Shown here: positions 50,839-63,964 of the stretch, in pieces
Layout: each line of letters opens with the position of its first letter
Numbering within the stretch: the stretch's first letter is position 1
Source: Balanoglossus misakiensis
Lineage: Eukaryota; Animalia; Hemichordata
Length of the DNA stretch: 64,000 bases
Direction of reading: 5' to 3'
Assembly (NCBI GenBank): GCA_040954595.2
Contig: CM082579.2
Span: forward strand, 4,639,227 to 4,703,226
The notes under the pieces: generated by a model
Told to the model about the DNA's origin: nothing
Databases searched by the model: none
What the model saw: the letters and a program-made list of their open reading frames with translations, nothing else
Position numbers and translations under genes: made by a program

Positions 50839-52359
50839 ATGCCGTTTGGACAGTTTGTAATAGGGCCCCCGGGGGCTGGAAAGACTACCTACTGTGCCGC
50901 AATGAAGGAGTTTCTGGAGGGAATCGGCCGTAAAGTTGCCATAGTGAACCTTGACCCTGCGAACTACGTCATGCCCTATGAACCCAGCGTGGATCTGTCC
51001 TCGCTGGTGACACTGAGCGATGTCATGGATAATCTGAAACTTGGACCCAACGGTGGTCTGCTGTATTGTATGGAGTACCTGGAGAAAAACATAGACTGGC
51101 TGCAGAGCCAGCTCAAGGAGCACGCGAAGGACAAATATGTGCTTTTTGATTGCCCGGGACAGGTTGAACTGTACACGCATCATTCCTCGCTGAAGAAAGT
51201 TTCGGGCTTTCTGCAGAAATGGGACTTCAGGGTAAGTCAGTCCAGATATATATTCTTGGGAAAACGTGACCAACTTGTATCAAGAGAGCAAGTGTTCTGT
51301 GGCTATATTCTAAAGACTTGTACACTACGTTCGTTTTCAAAAACACATTAACATAGCACCTCATTGGCTTGTAAGTTGTACGTTTGATAGTCTCAAGATG
51401 TTGGACAGGGTCAGCATTGTCTATTTTTTTTGCAGCTTACCGCAGTGCATCTCGTGGACTCCCACTACTGCAGTGAACCATCAAAGTTTATCTCCATCTT
51501 ACTGACATCCCTGTCGACAATGTTGCAAATGGAAATGCCACATGTCAATGTCCTCAGCAAAATGGATCTGATTGAACAGTTTGGCAAATTAGGTAAAGAA
51601 GTACTTGCTTATTTCTGTTATGAAAACATAAATGGAAAATGTTTTTGTATGTGGGAATCAAGGGAAAATGAGTCTTTTTCTTCTTTCTGCAGCCTTTAAT
51701 TTAGATTACTACACAGAGGTGTTGGATTTAAACTATCTGGTGGAATACCTCAACAAAGACCCCTTCACCAAGAAGTACTGCAAGTTGAACCAGACACTTG
51801 TGGGCGTCATTCAGGACTACAGTTTAGTCTCGTTTTGCACTCTGAATGTTCAGGTAGGTTATCATTGAATCATGAAGAATTGTCCTTACACTGACAGATG
51901 GTTCTCAAACACTGAACTTGGAAGGATATTTTTACCACCATGCATAATCAAATGCAAATGAGACATTCCCATCATGCATTGCAGGATAAGGAGACAATGC
52001 TTCGGGTGTTGAAGGTGGTTGACAAGGCCAATGGATACGTGTTTGGGGATTTGGAAGAAAGAAACCTGCAAGCGCTGATGTCAACAGCCATAGGCGCCAA
52101 CTTCCAGTACTTTGAATATCCTTTCTGTGCAATGAACACTGAGAAACTTATCAGTGACCACTTACAGTGGTCAGATGACAAAGCCGATAAACCTCTTTCA
52201 CATTCCCTTGCAATGTTCCCATCCCATGTTCAAATCTTTGCCAAAAGTCTTCCTTAACTCCCAAGTACAGCGCCCTTAGTGCAAGAGAAGTATATGGACG
52301 AGAAGTCAGAAGAGACCGATGATATTTTGAACAAACCAATCACACAGCTGCTCCAATGA
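50839..52359 (+). CDS. GPN2: GPN-loop GTPase 2, 5 coding exons
   Basis: [90 protein letters not shown]. Exons 50839-51231, 51436-51592, 51693-51853, 51985-52115, 52269-52359. Confidence 0.96.
52116..52268 (+). other. U12-type (minor spliceosome) AT-AC intron in GPN2
   Basis: 5' site ATATCCTTT at 52116, branch site TTCCTTAAC at 52250-52258, terminal AC at 52267-52268; removal restores the frame ANFQYFE|APLVQEKY. Confidence 0.92.
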
Positions 52360-52722
52360 TACTCGTGCAAAGACAGTAGCAGACACTGGTAGAACTCGCG
52401 TACACATGCAATGTAAACATTTTCTAGAACTATGAAGCGGATGTAGAATACTTCACTCACAGTGTAGAATGTAGTGTAAAACACCAAAATACAATTTGCT
52501 ATGTAACTCGCACATTTCATTTATTTACTAGAATTCATATACATATACACATGTAGATTACACTCCGCTTTCAATGAAGACAAAGTTTTGTCTTTGTGGG
52601 CACAATATTGCCAGTAAATTAACATTAAAATATTCAGTATGAAAGCCATTTTAGAACTGTCCGATCAGAGTCACTTCCAGCTGTCATTTTATACACACAA
52701 TTTGCTCAGAAAACTTTGTTTT

Positions 52723-54904
52723 TCACTGTATCCTCTTTGCCAGTGCATTTTGCAACAGTTGTTGAATCTCTCTGATACGGTACACTGTCTCTGTGTCTTG
52801 GTATTTCCTTGCTAATGTCATGGCTGTATCTAAGCAGTCGTCCGCTTCTTTGAAATTTTCTGAACAGAAAAAATGAAAGATGCCCATTAAAATGATTTAA
52901 AAAAAGAGAAAAATAGTCACCAGTGGATGTTTCACACATAATACAGTTGTATTCATAGTAAATGAAACCACAGATTATGATATATAATGATAACTTGAGT
53001 GAGGTATATGTCTCAATGTCTGAAAGGTGGTATGAACGTCTCAACACTCACTTCTATGCATTTGTATGGATCCCATGTTACACAGCAACCTGGGCATGTC
53101 ACCTTTGGACACCTGTTTGGCAAGCTCAGTGGCTTTCTCGAGATACTGGTAGGCTTCGTTGAACTTTCCTTGCTGGTCGCACACCGTGCCAAGGTCATTC
53201 AGCAAGGTCACTGTCTGTGGAATGCAGAGAAAAAAGTTACTGCAAATAATATGGGTACATACTAAAGGCCAGTCGACACTGGTTTTCGTCTTCTTCTGAT
53301 GATGATGATGGTGACGACAATGATTATGGTGATGATGACAAAGGTGGGAGAGAGAGAGCAAAACACACCTGTGGATGTTTCATTCCATCCACAGTAAGCT
53401 GGTTCTCGCACAGATTGAGTGCTTTACGGAAGGCATCTTCTGATTCAGCCAATCTGTTCTGCGTCAACAGATAGTGAGCGTAGGTGTTCCAGCAGAGACC
53501 CAGCAGCGACTCGGTGTTTTTGTCCACATTCTGCGGCGCCATCCCTGCGATCTTCTTCTCCACAGTTTCTATGCACCATTTGTAGCCTGCAGTGGCTTCC
53601 ACATGCCTGCAACAACAACAAGTGTGAGGGTAAACATTGTAAGTGCAGTGACAGGATAATGTGGGTGAAAATATACAGGGGTATTACCGGTACTTACATT
53701 TTCACCACACCACATTGCAATCATACTAATAGATAGGGTCTTCCCGTTTACCTTTGTCTATTTGTGTACACCTGAGCAAGCTTAAGAGAAACCTCAACAA
53801 CAGCATCGTCATCTTTAGGGAAACCTGATTCAAGAAGTCCTCGCAGGGATTCCTTGAATAGTTCTTCTGCCTTCTGGAAATGACCCCTCCTCATTGCCAA
53901 ATTGGCCATCTATTGTTGGTAAAAGAAAACTAGGTCACAGATCATACAAGGTTAGAAAAAATTTATCATGTTCGTTTTAAAATTCCTAAATCTTGTAACA
54001 GCCTACTATGTAACATCAGAATTGTTGTAGGCCATAAGATACTGAATGTAATAGGGTATAAAAACTAAACAATCTCTGTACAAATTACCTGATCATACAC
54101 ATAGACAGTTCCATCTTTGTTCTTTTCCTCCTGGGCTTTGAAAAGTGCTTTGTGATAGATGTGTTCTGCATCAGCTGGTCTACCATTCCTCTCTGCCATC
54201 TGGAAACAAAGTTGTGAGAGTCAATTCTACTGACCTGGTTTTTGTGTTGAAACCAGACCCTGTTGATTCATTTTTGTGAAAATTTATTACAACCTACGAT
54301 AAATTGCAGCACAATTTATTTATGGCATCTCTTTTTCGCTTAATTTTATACATGTATATGCATTGTAAAGTATACTTACCAATCCTTCAACAATCAGTTT
54401 TTCTATTGTGCCTGATTTTTTGTCCTTATATCTGTATTCATAGGCAATCCAACCCAGAAAAAGCACAAATCCTTTGGGAAGAAATAATGAAACAAATGTT
54501 TAAATGCTGTACTACAGCATGTCACCGATGTAAAAGCAGATCTATAATAATTTTCTATCCTTGAATATTCTTACAGCAGATCTGATCTTACCGAAACAAC
54601 CTATGTAGATCGCATTCAACACTCGGTTATCATGTTCTATGTATTCTGCGATAAGTCTCTCTCTCTCTGTTCCGTCGTCTGTACCATACTGTCGACTGCT
54701 GCAGAATCGATGGAGCCGTCCGGATCCCGACAATGTTGTTGGTTTAAAAACGATGCGGTTAGCATAACTCACTTCATCGCTTCTAGGGCAGTTCAAACAT
54801 CTGGTTAGAGTCCTCGCTGCGATAACCTGACGATTAAAACCCAGCTTCTGCACATTAAACAGTAAATACTTAGCACACACGACTTTCCTTACGGGCGCAG
54901 CCAT
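52723..54904 (-). CDS. TTC19: Tetratricopeptide repeat protein 19 (mitochondrial complex III quality-control factor), 7 coding exons
   Basis: Presequence-like MAAPVRKVV...; AEHIYHKAL, VYVYDQMANLAMRRG, KAEELFKESLRGLL, DDAVVEVSLKLAQVY, ATAGYKWCI, LLGLCWNTYAHYL, HPQTVTLLNDLGT match remembered TTC19 motifs. Exons 54592-54904, ~54380-54471, ~54089-54199, ~53752-53909, ~53369-53606, ~53052-53214, 52723-52859. Confidence 0.88.
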
Positions 54905-56478
54905 TTTGAATACACCCTCTATCGACAAGTATTGACTCACATTCTTTCGTTTTTTTGCAAGCTAAACTTTAAACAGAAAATGTTATCACGGTGAGAACTG
55001 TAAACTTCATTTTAGAACACTGAAGACACACACTGACGAGATGTACATTTATTTACCAAAATAAATACAACTTGGACACACCAGTAAAATGTACATTGTA
55101 AATTTTTCCCGTAAGTGTTGAAACTAATCCTTGCACTCTCATCAGGGCGGTGTTAAAGTTACTGTAGGACCCCAATTTGAAAATTGGTTAATCAATAAAA
55201 CTACGTAAAACAGAAACAAATCAAAACCGAACACTGTTCATTTCTTTAGATGATGAGCATAGAAGTGGAAAAAGCTGTCCTCATCCAGTGATAATTACAT
55301 GCAAGTGTTGACACATTGACAGTAAGACTACTGACCATATGAGACAGACTGTGTACAAGATTCCGTCACAAACTGATCCTAGAACATTTTTTTCACATTC
55401 AAAATTACAAGTTCATTAAGAGACACACACTGCTCTAAACACTCACAATGAACCCTTTCAAAAACATACCCCAGACACTCCCATACCTTGTTGCACATTT
55501 CAAGTGTATTCAATCTTGCATATCCACTGTATTTGAAAACATTTGTTGAGGTAATTCAGATATTCAAGTAAAGTACTTTCACAGACAGACATGACTTGGC
55601 ATTTGAGACAAAAACTTGGACAGAACATCCTGGTACTCCTGTTGACATTGCATTATATGAGGTAAGTTATACAAGATACATATGCATACTAAATTTCTAA
55701 GCTGTCACAAACAAGCACAGAATAAAATTTACAATAAAATAAATATTTTGTTAGTTTAAAAAGATGTTGTAGTGCACTATCAGGACCCTGAAACTTAAAT
55801 TTTATACAAAAGGAATCCACCAAAATCATTGCAAAAGAAGTGTTGTTTTTATCATATCTTTATCAAGTCAGTGAGAAGAGACTGACAAAGACTGGTGATT
55901 GTGGTTGCCCAAGTATATCTTTAAATCATGCATGGTGATTCTAACATTTCCCAGAAAAAAACTTGTTCCCTTTAAGTCTAAACGCCATTTTGACTATCAA
56001 CAGAAATTGCCAATATTACAGTCAATGAAACATGCTGCATCTTTCAGTACAATTTTTTAAAACAATTTTTGAGGTTCACTTTTTCTCAATTTTTTTGATA
56101 AAAAAATCTTTCGACACATTAGTTATACATGTGCTCTTTGGATTGTGCAACAGTGGGCAGACATCAATTTATCGGCAGAAAGTCACCAGCTTTGAAAATA
56201 ATTTTTAAGGTACTTTTGGTTTGTGTGATATGGTACCAAAAGCACGGTCAGTTTACCACCAGTGTTAGAACAAAGTGTAGGTAACATAACTTTTCACATG
56301 AAGCACAAAAAAAAAATAACCAAAATATTCTCAAAATCTGGCAACTATGTCCCTTTTATAAAATACATGTCCAAGCTGTCAGTGGTAATAATACTAAAAT
56401 TGGATATTGTTGTCGACCATTATTAAAGGGAAAATATATATATAAAATGTTTTCAAGTCCATGGGAAAATAGTCACTA

Positions 56479-59400
56479 TCATGACGTCGTAAAGTTTGCG
56501 GGGACTTCTGTTGTTGTGACGAGGCTCCGCCTCACAGCGTCCGTGATGGCAGCAGCGGTTGCCGTGGCGTCGATTTTGGGCGCAATGCTGGGGAACAGTC
56601 GCTTGATTGCATCGTGTGTGCCAATCACAGCCCTGTAGAATAGAATGCATTTCACAAAACAGAGGTTACGTGTGGGTTTCATTCGAAGATGTTACGACAA
56701 ATTTTAATACACAAAAGAGTTTTCGCATTCTGGTGACGCCAAGCACCTGGCAGGGGTTTTCACACCACTGGAAAATCGTGAATTTTTTAAATTACCCTAG
56801 GGAAAGTCTTTGAAAATTACTGGAAATTCTCAGAAAATTGAATCTTCTATTCAGTGTACTGGAACATGACATCAGGTGTTGTTTTAAAAATTACAAAGCT
56901 TTGTTAACAGTATGGCTGTCCGGTAAAAAAGGATTCATACTTACCCAATAACGCCTACTGTTATCAAAAAATAATCTAATGCAATTTCTTTCTTTGTTAA
57001 AGATCTGCAAAATAACATAAAAACTCAAAGTTAGTTGAAACAGCTTGATAGGTACACAGGCACAGAGCAGATTGAAAATGCACACTGACTAGACCATGTG
57101 CAAACTTTTTCTCCTTTTGAGCTTCCCCACCTGAAATATTTACACACACTCATACTAACACTATTTCCCCCACGTTCTCTCACATGTTATGAAACGATTT
57201 TTCTGGAAACTTCTTAACTAATGTGCGACATACTATTATTCTCACGTGACTCACCCTTTAAACAGTTTAAGATGGAATGTCGCCGGTAAAATGAACGCCA
57301 GCAGAGTACAGCAGGTGGCACCCACTAGTAACATCAGAGTGCCGAAATTTGGAATGGCTAAAACGACTAATCCCGTCACTGACACCAGAACAAAGCGTAA
57401 GATATTCTGTGGAGAGATGAAACATAAAATGAATAACATTTAGAATTATAGCAATTAAGACAGACTTATATATACCCATAGATGTTTGCAAGTACAATTG
57501 CGACTTCTAAACAACCTGATTTTAATGGACAAGAATGGAGAGGAATATTTCTTCACTACACTTACCCCCTGAGTGAAACTTAATTCTTTTTCTGGTAAGA
57601 TTCTTTTCTCAGAAAGTCGGACCACCGGAAACATCATCACAGGGAAAGTAAAAAACAGCGAAAAGCACAAACAAGTCTTCACAAGGGCTGGGAACACACC
57701 TGTGGACCAAGCAGACATACAAATGCATACCTTAATGAAAAGAGAATTCACAGCAAGCTATCTACATAGTCTGGTAGGTATTATTAGTCTATCAGCTACA
57801 TGTAATGTTTATTTATATTTACTACATCTAGTAACAGTGACTGGAAATGGAATGAGGGAGAGGCCAAACTTACCCTGTGGTAAATTCAATGTTATAATGC
57901 TTTCTGTATCTGGACCAAACGACTGTAATGATAACAGGAAGAAAACAACACGGTCATTTTTACTGAGAAGGCACTAATTTAGAAACAGAAAGTCAGATAC
58001 AGAAAAAAAAACTTACCAAATAGCCACAGACACCAAATACCACATATAATGTAGTTACTATGAGCATTGCAAATATAAATATACTGTGAAAATAAAAAGA
58101 ACATAACAGTAAATTAATGATGGCAAAGTACTTTTGACAATGTTCATCACTGTACCTTCATGAACTGATATAGACCGAGACATTTCATTCTACACTTACA
58201 CATCAAACGCAATAAAACCTCTTACCTTCTGAATGTGTGCCTTTTTTCTTTAAGAACAGATGCTTCGAGTGACAGAATCATTCCCGCACCCTGCAAAGAC
58301 AGACAGAAGAAATCAGTCAAAATGTGCAGCCTCGGAATAGCACCCCTGTGAGCTAGTAATTCTTTTCTGTAAAATTCTCAAACTCAAGTGTGTGCATGTT
58401 GTTCCAAACCATACAATGTAAATACGTGAAAACAATTTCTTTAAGCAAACACATTAACATGTGATGTTAGACTCTCACAATGTAATTAATACACTTAGTA
58501 CTTGCCTCGTAACAATAGATTGCAATTCCTAGAAAAAATGGAAAACCTGAAAACGACATTGTTTTCGGGTGTATTCTGGAAGAAAAAAAAGATACAGAAA
58601 AAGGGTTAAAAACATGAGGTTATTTTGGATATAACATGAGCACAAAGTCCAAAGCTTTGATTTTAAGATGTATGCCCATTTCTGTTTCATCACAACGCTG
58701 TCGCATGCCCACAATATTTTGCTGACGTGCTTGAAATCAAACAAAGCAAGATGTGACTCTAGATTACAGATTACTGCCTTTGGTTGAGTTTTCATCTGCA
58801 GTGCTGGGTTAACAGTAACACCACACTCATTTCTGTTTGCAGAGCTGTTGCAGACTTACGATATTTTGCTGACGTGATCGAAATCAAACCAGAATACCAC
58901 AGCATAGGCAGTCACGTTGGCAAAATCTGCAAATAAACTGAAAAGAGAAAGGCATATTTGACTCAAAGATGTACCGTTTCATATGTACTTGAAAGTAAGG
59001 AAGTTCTCAATTACAGTATCTTACTCATACCAAATTAATGAAAAACTTGGAGGCATTTTACATGAATTTTGTCAGTAAATGGGCGGAATATCTGTGATGA
59101 TGCATGTAGGACAGGATATCTGGGTGTTTTTTAATAATTTTTTTTTATCTCAATTTAGCTTCTGATTAACTGTTTCCCGTCTGCATTGGAAATTATCAGC
59201 TGGATCATAAAATATATCCTAAAAAGATATCTCTGCGAATATTTTATGTCTGCTGTTTGACGGACAGCTTCTGTGGGAAAAGATCAGCTGCATCATACAC
59301 GTCCTCCCACCCCCGACGCTAGTACTCCAAAACATAACATGCTTAGAATAATATACGCCTTATCAATGTACGATACGTTTATATTTTAAGAACATCTCGC

Positions 59401-61919
59401 ACACTCACATCAGAGACAGGCTGTTGCATTATACTTAAATTAGTCGTTTTATTTCAATGTGAGTTTATCCGCACAATATATAATATGATCACTGACACCC
59501 AACAGCTGTGACTCAGCGACATTTTATTCATGTGAACACCAAATGTTTTACATGTATGCATGAGCCAGTTATTGCACACGTGTCTAGTCAAAGGGTCATA
59601 AGCTACAACTCTTTGTAATTTGCTGGGCTCAAAATATCTCCCAATTGTCTAATATTAGAAAAAGATGAAACATTGCACTGTGTTGTTGGGACAGAATGGA
59701 CAAGTAAATTTAAAGGTTTTCACTTCATTTTATATTTCCTGGCGCAGTCCAAGAAAAGGTCATATCATATAGAGAGCAGAGCAGAGCAGAGAATACAATG
59801 TCACAGCATGGCGACCTACAGTAACATGTGTTTCATGAGATCATGATATGCCTTTCCAGTAAAGATTCCAATGCAGATAATGTATGCACCACACGTACAA
59901 TTCTCTTGCATTGTTGCATGGAGGCAGCCATAGTTGAGTGGAGCACCCATTTATTACACATCTTTATATACAGGTCAAACTAATTATGCAAATGCACGCC
60001 TTATGCATGCATAATTTTTGTACAGACATCCCTTAACGGTGGACCTGGTGTGAGTAATGATGCTGATAACATCAGTTTTTCTGGAGTTGAGCTCGTTGAT
60101 CATTTTAATCACGACTGTGACTGCGAATTTGAACTATTTTAATGGTGACCTCATGTTTTATGTTATTTTTGGACCACAGCAGTTAAGCCTCAAGTTCTAA
60201 ATATAGCATAAGTCAAGGCAACATCAAATTTCATGTTATTTAGCAAAAATGTAAAAAGTGACTAAGAATGTAGGCTAGTCTCATCCCGAAAAAACTCACT
60301 GGCATAGTCGGCATCGACTAAAAAACTGAGACTTACCTGAAAATTGCCAATTTGTGTAATTTTCTGACCATAGTGAGGAGAGACAATGGAGGAAGTAGAA
60401 CAAACAACCACTGGTACATGTGCATCTTGTAAACAAAGTTGGATAAATTTTCTGTGATGAAAATGAGGTACGCGCAGCAAAACCCTGTGAGCAGAAGAAA
60501 AGGAATAGTTCCTTAGAAAAACTGTAGTCATCAAAAAACAAAATGCCAAGCGTTGAAAGGGTGTGTACTACATTAATTCTCATTTCATGTGAAGCATACA
60601 CTTATGGGTGCGTTTTATGATTACTGTGGTAGTATGGTTTGCACGAATTGACAGACACAGAACACACATAGGATGAGTTAATTTGCATTTTAAAATTATT
60701 TTCGTGATCTCCACCATGTGGTGTATTGGGCCAGCTGTGATCAACTAATCCCAATATAAGTGCTCATATGGTTATCTTCTATTTCCTATACTTTACTTCT
60801 GGAAAATTATGTGAAAGAAAAATCGTTGAAATGTTTTATTTCTGTCATTTACTGTCACAGTGAAGACAGGCTATATAGATCGATCATTTTTTCACTCTTT
60901 ATTCAAATTATCTAAAAATAACAGAACCATTTGGGGAAAACTTTTTCAATTGAACAGGGTACGTTTTATCAGACTGTGGAAAATGGAGCATCAGCAGCCA
61001 TATATTGGGGAGTACCCATTAATACAATTTGCAGACTCCTATTTCCAGACATGTTTCTGGCACTGATGGCAGTGTAGAGAGACAAACTCAGGCATGTTTC
61101 AGCAAGCAAACAAGCAAAAAAAAAACCTGAAGCACCCTCGATTTGAAAATCATCAAAATTACACTAGTGAATTACGTAGTGTCACAGCTGGTAGGTTGTG
61201 CCACATACAGTATATATGGTCACTCAACTCGCGTGTATTTACATGTACTCATCAGCAGATTAGGTGCTAGGTCTATCCACATCACCCATTCATCATGAAA
61301 GCAGACACTATAATAAGCATGATGCACCCACCTGTTTGGGACACGATTATGGCGACGTCCACCAATATTTGTCCCTTGCTGCCCAAAGCATGATAGCCTG
61401 AAATGCAGAGAGATATATCCTGTTATAACATTTTTTTCCACTTATTCATCCTGTCGCTTTTATGTCTGTAAGTTTGCCCGATTTATACTCTTTTGTAAAA
61501 ATGCAATATGTTTGTTTTCGCTTCCCTGACTAATCTTCAGTTTCATTAGTTTTCCACAAGGACAAGCATATGGTTTGCTTTTGAGGAAGATGAGTGTAGA
61601 GGCATTTCTCATTAATAAAACAGCTGCTTTTGTGCATGGTGATTGCTTCATAGATCTACTAGCTTGACAGAATATACAGCACATATACATGCAACTGTGC
61701 AAAATGGTCCAGCAAAGAAAAACAACTTCAGGCAACCTTGCGAGACTGCTGGTCAGCTGTTTTGTTGTTGTTGTTGTTGTCATTGATTACAGGAAGAAAT
61801 GCAACAGCCTGGCTTTACTTACCAACATCTCCATAGTCTATGTCACCTATTGCTGGCTGTGGAAAATAGAACATGTGGTCAATAAAATTAAACATATCCA
61901 CAGGAATGAAGATATCAAT

Positions 61920-61951
<32 letters not shown>

Positions 61952-63231
61952 AATCATCATCACCACCACCACCATCATCATCCACACCATGACCTTTGCA
62001 TCCAAGTGCAACTCCCAAATCTCACCTTTGTATCCTTCTTTGCTTGTTCATCGCTCGCTACAAAACCGTTCATTTCCACATCATCTTTCTTGTCCGCTCC
62101 ATTCACGAGCTGTTCCTGCTCCACCGTGGTGCCTTCGTATACCTCTTTCTTTGGCTTTGCCTTAACCGAGCCATTGTCCTCGCTTCTCTCCACTTTTCCA
62201 GGAGGGGTTTCCCCAAGGATTTTATACTTGCTGTCGATTATCAACAACATAGCTTTGACACTGTAGAGATAAAGCATGTGGAGAGAAGGGACAGTGAAAT
62301 TAAGAACATGTACAAGTACTATATCTGAAGGGAGTTACAAGAACCTCCAAATAACATATACCAAATGTAATACATGTCCAAACCGGAAACAACAATACTA
62401 CATGTACAATAGAAAATTCTCTGAAACAAATGTTAATCATGTGTGTATTAAACCATTTATTAGTATAGTATGAATTAATAAAGGACTCGCTCTCTAAAAC
62501 TACTGTATTTTTTCAACCTCTACAGATGGAACAACAAAAGGCTGCTCTTTAGAAAGAGTTTATCAATGTAAATCAGCAAGCGTTGCCATCCCAACAATCT
62601 ACTGATTTCCTCGGTCAAAGGTCACCACTATTACTGTACCAGCAGAAATAACTAAACTATCAGTAGGACTAACATAATTTTTTTCTCTAATGAGGTCAGA
62701 ATGATACGATGATGACCATCACAATTAGATATCAGATCCCAAATGCAGAAATGTTTTGAAAAAAACATAACTAACGGATATCTCCGGTGGAAAAATAGTC
62801 TCACAGTGAATATTCTTTCAGAGATTGAATGATTCATTTGTTGTATAATTAACAAACCACACAGGCAGGTTCTGTTGTGGGTACAACAAGGAAAACACAA
62901 TACAAAATGCATTGTGCCATTAGAATACAGAGTTATGTAACACTGAATTCGCGCTTTGAACGCACTTGTCGAATGTTCTGTGTTAACACTTACATTCATA
63001 TACCGGACCCACTGTCTTGTCCCTTGATAAACTGCACCAGCATTTGCATACACGAACATGTGCACTTTAATTATCCCACTGTTTGTATTGCGTGGTACCA
63101 AACCCCAGGTCACACGTATGTGTGAAAGAATATCAGAACTAGTGGTGCGTTCTCAAGTAAAAAATACAGACTAATGCTCACCTTAATATTCCAATACACG
63201 TCATTATAATAACTCCTTCTATCACACCAGC
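56479..63231 (-). CDS. Amino-acid transporter, Aa_trans/AAAP family (SLC36/AVT3-like); first coding exon(s) lie beyond the window end
   Basis: Exons ~63182-63231 (AGVIEGVIIMTCIGILS), ~62025-62260, ~61822-61855 (IDYGDVG), ~61331-61396 (LVDVAIIVSQTG), ~60337-60485 (GFCCAYLIFITENL), ~58860-58937 (LFADFANV), 58506-~58575 (FFLGIAIYCYE), ~58226-58290 (GAGMILSLE), ~58017-58084, ~57874-57922 (SFGPDTESIITLNLP), ~57566-57699 (FTFPVMMFP), ~57255-57406 (IPNF..LVGA..LAFILP), ~56945-57004, 56479-~56632. Confidence 0.9.
58291..58505 (-). other. GC-AG intron in the transporter gene
   Basis: GAG|GCAAGT donor is required to join CYE to GAGM in frame. Confidence 0.85.
61919..61989. repeat. (ATC)n/(ACC)n compound microsatellite in a transporter intron
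   Basis: Read directly; source of the poly-Ile and poly-Asp spurious ORFs. Confidence 0.92.
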
Positions 63232-63950
63232 CTATAAGAGACAATGGTTATACGATTTTAGTTTGTTCTGAAAATTTCAATTATTTTTTTCTTATTGAAA
63301 TACTTGACATCAATCAATTGAACAAATTAACGATTAAGAGTCAAGCACCAGATCTATATAAATACACTGTTAGAATGCTTGAGTTGAATGTCTGTGGTAA
63401 AATCTATACGGGCAATCAATGAGTTTCCAATGCACCATTTCCATTGTTTTCACTTCCATGTTTATTTCATGTTACAAGAATTGACGCTGGCAGTTCTCGG
63501 GCTAGTCTAATCATCTAGTCAGCATTGACTAGATGATTGTTAACATAATATGTGTATATTTTAAAGGGAATTGTCATTATAATATACAGGAACATTTACT
63601 TAAAATCAATTTCACCAATCAATATCGCTAGGATATGTTACTTGTAATAAATATCTGATAAGCAAACAATAATACATTGCCGATAAATTATACTGTAAAT
63701 ACACCAGTCTAACACTACATGATTATTTTCGCTGGTTCTCAGATGAGTCATCTTAAAATTTTCTCACCGCATCATTTAGCCAGTAACACTAACACAAAGC
63801 ACAGTACATGTACTGTCACGCAGTGCTAAGTATATCAGGGAAAAGTTTCTAAAAAGGGACAGTCTGAAATATGTAATTCCTCTGATAACATATGTTTCGG
63901 ATTCGATTCATGAACAGCTTGTACCAATACCCTAGCACAATTTCTGACCA

Positions 63951-63964
63951 GTTACCTTGGTAAC
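63951..63964. promoter_or_regulatory. RFX X-box GTTACCTTGGTAAC
   Basis: Exact consensus match in a 5' intron of the transporter; motif match only. Confidence 0.4.

Noticed and set aside
58529-58795. ORF containing FDFKHVSKI as a mutually exclusive exon
   Set aside because: No AG acceptor in the required phase; kept only as a duplication finding.
61689-62165. Poly-Ile, poly-Val and poly-Asp ORFs
   Set aside because: Products of ATC and GTT microsatellites in introns.
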